Shown: positions 61,078 to 64,000 of the stretch, piece after piece | Layout: each line of letters opens with the position of its first letter | Numbering within the stretch: the first letter of the stretch is position 1 | Origin: Planctomycetota bacterium | Lineage (GTDB): Bacteria; Planctomycetota; SZUA-567; H5-PLA8 | Assembly (NCBI GenBank): GCA_045863855.1 | Contig: BTVV01000014.1 | Span: 1 to 64,000 of the forward strand | DNA: 64,000 bases | Reading direction: 5' to 3' | Notes under the pieces: generated by a model | Seen by the model: only the letters and a program-made list of their open reading frames with translations | Told to the model about the DNA's origin: nothing | Databases searched by the model: none | Program-made: the position numbers and the translations under genes

Positions 61078-63765
61078 ATGACGGAGCGAATGCCGCGGTC
61101 TTTCAGGGCCGGTTGGGGCACGCTGGTGCTGGCGGGCGTACTCGCGGCGGTGGTAGCGCCGCAGGTGGCGCACGCGCAGGCCGACCCCGCGCAGATGGAG
61201 GCGCTGTGGCGCGAGGGCGTAGACCTCTACCTGCAAGGGCGCTTCACCGAAGCTCAGCGTAAGCTGCATCAGTTGCTGAGCATGGAGCCGCGCAAGGAGA
61301 TGGCCGCTCGGCTGGTAGATGAGGCCGGTCCGCGCATCGTGGCGCAGATGATGGCCAATCCGCGGATGGGCAACGAACCCACCTACGTTTGGCAGCTTTA
61401 CCGCAAGTACTACGTCAGCAAGCTGGCCGACCAGGAACGCATGGCCAAGATGGCCGCGCGCGTGGTCGATCCTGCGACGAGTGAAGACGAGCGCGTGCAG
61501 CTTTACCGCGAGTTCGGCGAACTGGGCCACTACGCAATTCCGACGCTCTCCAAGTACCTGAACGATCAGCAGCACGAAGATTTCCGGACGCAGGCCCGCA
61601 TCGTGCTGGCGCGGATGGGTTCGCGCGCGGTGCTGCCGCTGATCGAACTGACTCGCCATCCGGACGTGCTGATGCGCGAAAACGCGGTCCTGACGCTGAC
61701 GGATATCCAGCCGCTGGACGAGCGTGCGATTCCGGCCCTGAAGGAACGCCTGGAAGACGCGAAGGAGTCCGAGACCTGCAAGCGCCTCGCGACGCGCGCG
61801 ATCGAACAGGTCACTGGCCTGCCGACGGCGCAGCTCAAGAAGGCGAGCACCTACTACTACGAAGCCGCGAATAAGTACTACCTCGAACGCGCGGGTGCGG
61901 CCGACGAAGCCGAGGAAGTTGACGGCTTCATCTGGCATCTGAACGAAGGCGGCGAGTTGATTCCGGTCCTGTATCCGCTGTGGGCCTGGAACGAACAGAT
62001 GGCTGAAGATCTTGCGCTGCGCGGGATGAGCCTGGAAGTCGACCAGACGGACTTCTACCCGCTGGCCGCGTGCATCTGGGCGGCGCAGTACATGGAAGTC
62101 AAGGATCTGGTGGACGTGATCAACGAAGCGCCGCTGCAGCACTACTACAGCGAGGAAGAGAAGCAGCAGGTGTTGGAGTGGAATCAGAAGCTGATCGACT
62201 GCCGCAATCTGGTTTCGGCATGCGGCAAGTACTACGTCAACGCGGGCTTGAACAAGGTTTACCGCGACCTGAAGCGCTACCCTGGGCACGGCAAGCTGCC
62301 GGGCGTAGGCGTCTTCCTGGCCGAACGGCTGGCGGATCTGGATCCGACGGGCGAATTGCTGCCCCCGCCGCCTCCGCCTCCGGTTGTGGCGCCGGCGGCT
62401 CCGGTGGCCGAGTCGCCGGTCCTGACCAGCATCGCGATTTCGCCGGCTAATGCCCACGTTTCGCCGGGGCAGACGCGCCGGTTCAAGGCCACGGCGCTGG
62501 ACCAGTTCGGCAAGAAGATCGACGGCGTGGCGTTCCGCTGGACGTGCGAAGGCGGCACGATCGACGAGTCGGGAGTGTACACCGGCCGCGATCCGGGCGG
62601 TCCGTATCCGGTTTGGGCCGAAGCGTTGAATCCGGACGGCACGATCATGGGCGCGCAAAAGGCCGAAGCGACGGCCTCGGTGGCGCCGCCGCCGGCGCCG
62701 GGCGAAGGTCCGACGCGCCCGGCCGGTTCGGGTTCGGGCCTGCCGGAGCCGATCGAACTGGATGCCGATCCGACTCCGACGAGCGCGGCCCTGATTAACG
62801 GGCTGACCTGCAACGACCAGAACATCGAGTACGCCTGCGCTCTGGCGCTGGCCCGCATCAACCGCTTCCCCGATGCGTGGCAGGGCAGCGAGCGCGTGGG
62901 CAGCCTGCTGGCGCGGGGGGTGAGCGAGAACCAGCCCATCCAGATCCTTGTGGTGGACGAAGACCACAACAGCCGCAACCACATGCGCACGGTGCTGGAA
63001 GCCGAAGGCTATCTGGTCACCGACGCGGTGGACGGGCGCGACGGGTTGATCAAAGCCCGCAGCTTCCCGCCGAAGGATACGATCCTGATCGCGACCGAAC
63101 TGCGCCGCGACCTGACTCCGGAACAGTTGATGGAAGAACTGCGCGCGGACGTGCGTACGCGCTACACGCCGGTGGGCATCCTGCACCTGACGGCCGACCG
63201 CGATCCGGTGCGCGCGCGCTACGGCACGGAGATCCCGACGGTCGAGCGCGAAATGAAGGGCCATGACTTGAAGGGTGCGATCGAGAAAATCGAGCAGCGC
63301 CGCGCGGCGGAATCGATTCCGAAGCGCAAGGCGCACGAGATCTCGGTGGCCTGCGCGCAGGCGCTGAGCAAGCTGGACATCCGGGCAACGAATATCGTCC
63401 TGGCCGACGGCGTGAAGGCGTGCGCCGAGGCGCTGAAGAACCGCAAGGACGACGTGCGCATTCCGGCGGCCACGGCCATCGGGCAGGCGCGCGGCGGCGA
63501 CATGAAGGATGCGGCGGCCGAAGCGCTGCTGGGAGTCTTCCAAGATGGCCAGAACGCGACGGAATTGCGCCTCGCGGCCTTGAAGAGCCTGGCCGATGTG
63601 AAGCCCGAGGCTTACGCCGACGTTTACTTGAAGGCCCAGACCGAACAGGAGCATGTCCTGCAAGAATGGGCGGCGGTCAATTTCGGCAAGCACGAACGGA
63701 CCAACAAGTCCCTGTACGAGTTCCTCCGCTCGAAGCGCATCGATAAGGACAAAAAGGAGAAGTAA
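61078..63765 (+). CDS. Secreted HEAT-repeat protein with Ig-like insert and pseudo-receiver domain
   Basis: Signal peptide AHA|Q; HEAT repeats; SIAISP..FKATALDQFG..FRW Ig-like; ILVVDED..receiver fold; SD GGAGG. Confidence 0.8.
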   Translation: MTERMPRSFRAGWGTLVLAGVLAAVVAPQVAHAQADPAQMEALWREGVDLYLQGRFTEAQRKLHQLLSMEPRKEMAARLVDEAGPRIVAQMMANPRMGNEPTYVWQLYRKYYVSKLADQERMAKMAARVVDPATSEDERVQLYREFGELGHYAIPTLSKYLNDQQHEDFRTQARIVLARMGSRAVLPLIELTRHPDVLMRENAVLTLTDIQPLDERAIPALKERLEDAKESETCKRLATRAIEQVTGLPTAQLKKASTYYYEAANKYYLERAGAADEAEEVDGFIWHLNEGGELIPVLYPLWAWNEQMAEDLALRGMSLEVDQTDFYPLAACIWAAQYMEVKDLVDVINEAPLQHYYSEEEKQQVLEWNQKLIDCRNLVSACGKYYVNAGLNKVYRDLKRYPGHGKLPGVGVFLAERLADLDPTGELLPPPPPPPVVAPAAPVAESPVLTSIAISPANAHVSPGQTRRFKATALDQFGKKIDGVAFRWTCEGGTIDESGVYTGRDPGGPYPVWAEALNPDGTIMGAQKAEATASVAPPPAPGEGPTRPAGSGSGLPEPIELDADPTPTSAALINGLTCNDQNIEYACALALARINRFPDAWQGSERVGSLLARGVSENQPIQILVVDEDHNSRNHMRTVLEAEGYLVTDAVDGRDGLIKARSFPPKDTILIATELRRDLTPEQLMEELRADVRTRYTPVGILHLTADRDPVRARYGTEIPTVEREMKGHDLKGAIEKIEQRRAAESIPKRKAHEISVACAQALSKLDIRATNIVLADGVKACAEALKNRKDDVRIPAATAIGQARGGDMKDAAAEALLGVFQDGQNATELRLAALKSLADVKPEAYADVYLKAQTEQEHVLQEWAAVNFGKHERTNKSLYEFLRSKRIDKDKKEK

Positions 63766-63798
63766 GCGGAGCGCGCCGGACGGGAGTTAGCTACAATC

Positions 63799-63833
63799 AA
63801 GGGGCCTCGGAACGAACCGAGGCCCCTTTTTTT
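63799..63833 (+). terminator. Rho-independent terminator
   Basis: GGGGCCTCGG-aacgaa-CCGAGGCCCC then T7. Confidence 0.9.
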
Positions 63834-63856
63834 ATCGGCGGTGCAGGGGGTTGTAG

Positions 63857-64000
63857 GTGGAGCAGCGCAAGGGCCTCGTTCGGGTAGTGGCCGTGGCGGT
63901 ACTCATCGGCGTACTTGCGCCGTCGCTGGTCGCGCGCTGCTTTACGGCGGGGTATTTGCGCCACTGGGACGACGGCCTGCTGGTGCTGGGCAATCCGATT
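63857..64000 (+). CDS. Membrane protein N-terminus, possibly GT-C/TMTC-like (partial)
   Basis: MEQRKGLVRVVAVAVLIGVL...HWDDGLLVLGNPI; TM followed by WDD...NP. Confidence 0.55.
   Translation, partial: MEQRKGLVRVVAVAVLIGVLAPSLVARCFTAGYLRHWDDGLLVLGNPI

Noticed and set aside
60895..63693. 932-aa minus-strand ORF
   Set aside because: Antisense shadow of the HEAT/receiver gene; no motifs; typical of high-GC codon bias.

Overview
GC-rich bacterial chromosomal segment, probably Planctomycetota (inferred from HEAT-repeat, Zn-finger-anchored and GspG-like orphan proteins; not verified). It carries housekeeping genes (holA partial, moaD/moaE, cysG-N/ccsA/hemA, rpsT, cbiX/sirB, frr, recG, rlmL-like, clpB, rsgA, lysS), carbohydrate and catabolic modules (GH51, CE7 and other esterases, LacI-Gfo/Idh/MocA-isomerase, XRE-BKACE-dehydrogenase), a PilGHI-like ABC cluster and many secreted orphans. 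I saw no rRNA, tRNA, CRISPR array or transposase. Most notable: (1) class II LysRS with a PheRS-alpha-type N-terminal coiled-coil arm and a ~70-aa catalytic-domain insert; (2) a PhyH-family Fe/2OG enzyme with HxG instead of HxD (halogenase signature); (3) a promoter- and terminator-bounded ~370-nt multi-helix RNA candidate with an exposed anti-SD loop; (4) a tandem pair of Trp-rich orphan paralogs behind a palindrome; (5) a uORF/hairpin leader before rsgA; (6) recurrent leaderless-gene architecture. Two frame breaks (frr; histone-like/DUF4912) suggest the assembly may contain errors, so single-base findings need read-level checks. All family calls are by-eye motif recognition, not database searches.
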